From Candidatus Marinacidobacterales bacterium (GTDB lineage: Bacteria > Acidobacteriota > Vicinamibacteria > Marinacidobacterales > DATDRI01): DNA of 64,000 nucleotides. Shown here in pieces: positions 62,956-64,000 of the stretch. The translations under genes were made by a program, and so were the position numbers. The notes beneath the pieces were generated by a model. It did not search any database. It saw only the letters and a program-made list of their open reading frames with translations, and was not told where the DNA came from. Position 1 is the stretch's first letter. Every line of letters begins with the position of its first letter. The stretch is taken from NCBI GenBank assembly GCA_965219415.1, contig OZ244742.1:992001-1056000 (forward strand). The letters run 5' to 3'.

Positions 62956-63134
62956 CCCTTTGTGCCAACGTGCGTGAGACAGGGAGACCCTTTGAGTTTA
63001 ATGTAGAGGGCGGAGGAGTGATGTCCCATGAACGCCTCTCCCAGAGAAATGCAGCTTGAGGAAACCTAAGTATGCTCTCATCGAGATCAAGGCAAGTCCC
63101 CCATCGAGAGGGTCATGGACACTGCGAAGGGCCG

Positions 63135-63218
63135 GCAATTTGGCCGCTCTGGAAGCTTTTCGATCTGACGCCTGAGGGTCGCGGCACCGACTGGTATCCC
63201 AAGCTGTCCTACGATTAG
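63135..63218 (+). pseudogene. DUF899-like C-terminal remnant
   Basis: AIWPLWKLFDLTPEGRGTDWYPKLSYD*. Confidence 0.55.
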
Positions 63219-63229
63219 ACTCCTACTCG

Positions 63230-64000
63230 ATGGAGGTCGAAACTCACGGAAACGATCCCATACCTCCAGAATCTCGCCGCCAGGGTTGGTTCGCGTTCTT
63301 CGCACTCTATTCGGGGGTCAACATTTGCCTACCCATGATGCTCGTGGGCGGCGCGTTCGTCCCCGGCTTATCGCTCACACAGGCAGTCCTCGCGGGGCTC
63401 CTGGGAAACGCTCTCGCGTTCACAATTTCTTCCACCGCCGCCTACCCCGGAACGGACCATGGTCTTCCCACACCGGTCCTGACGAGAGCTTCCCTGGGGT
63501 ATCCGTGGGGAACGTGGCTCCCCTCTCTCGCGATCCTGGTATCGTCGACCGGCTGGTTCGCGGTTCACACCGAGTTGGCGGCGATGGCACTCGATGGCTT
63601 GCTCCGGGCGCTAACCGGCTGGTCAGGACCACTCTTCGTCCCCATCGTCCTCATGGGGGCGGCGAATGCTTTCGTCGCCATCATCGGCTTCAACTGGATC
63701 CGAAAGCTGGCCGCGGTCGCGGTTCCGCTTCTACTGATCTTGTCGGCCTTATTGCTCTTCAGAATCGCGGCCAATCACTCGTTGCCCGACATCCTGTCGA
63801 GGTCGGGACTCGGACCGCTATCGTTTTTGGGTGCGGTCAATATCGTGGTGTCCGCCCAGATGGGAAGTGCGTTTACCGCCGCCGACTTTGCGCGCTACGC
63901 CCGTGATCATCGCTCGGTCTGGATAGGCTCGCTTAGCGTAGCCCCGGTAGCGGCGTTCATGATGGCCCTCGGCGCGATCTCAGCGCTCGCAACCGGCGAG
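63230..64000 (+). CDS. NCS1 (cytosine/purine) permease; runs off the window
   Basis: Manual translation MEVETHGNDPIPPESRRQGW..GTDHGLPTPVLTRASLG..GWFAV..AADFARYAR. Confidence 0.85.
   Translation, partial: MEVETHGNDPIPPESRRQGWFAFFALYSGVNICLPMMLVGGAFVPGLSLTQAVLAGLLGNALAFTISSTAAYPGTDHGLPTPVLTRASLGYPWGTWLPSLAILVSSTGWFAVHTELAAMALDGLLRALTGWSGPLFVPIVLMGAANAFVAIIGFNWIRKLAAVAVPLLLILSALLLFRIAANHSLPDILSRSGLGPLSFLGAVNIVVSAQMGSAFTAADFARYARDHRSVWIGSLSVAPVAAFMMALGAISALATGE

Noticed and set aside
63286-63906. 206-aa ORF in the track
   Set aside because: Wrong frame; the real gene is the NCS1 permease starting at 63230
1-64000. CRISPR arrays, tRNA/rRNA genes, prophage genes, integron integrase, recognisable defence systems
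   Set aside because: None seen by eye; tRNAscan, Rfam and DefenseFinder searches would be needed to exclude them

Overview
GC-rich bacterial chromosome segment. Gene content (wHTH-TolB one-component regulators, YtxH/holin-like cluster, DUF222/HNH-like gene, secreted HEXXH proteins) suggests Acidobacteriota, possibly Vicinamibacteria; this is an inference. About 1-56 kb is mostly housekeeping and envelope genes: a K+-dependent membrane pyrophosphatase, Na+-coupled symporters, a GGDEF-PilZ cyclase, an ABC exporter, MscS, M28/M48/M50/M16/S9 peptidases, an unusual nuoABCDHIJKN + 7Fe-ferredoxin operon (no nuoEFG, no nuoLM), IDH, MaeB, an ECF sigma/anti-sigma/Spy-like module with two matching promoters, NamZ, a glucosylglycerate-phosphorylase-like GH13, a lipoprotein flavocytochrome with C-terminal hemes, and a TetR-MMPL-LolA-like-beta-barrel operon. 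56.5-63.2 kb is a decayed accessory island: an integron-type cassette array (3 clear attC sites plus 1 degenerate, no integrase in the window) hit by two inverted IS3 copies. Swapped target duplications and a split gene show that the 327 bp between the IS3 copies was inverted, and the block is bracketed by inverted IS256 right ends. Other notable signals are an 11-bp phased repeat array beside a wHTH-TolB receptor, a REP-like palindrome inserted in frame into a gene, and a synonymous duplication of the nuoC 3' end. Many genes carry single-base frameshifts, probably long-read errors. All calls come from motif recognition by eye, with no database searches.
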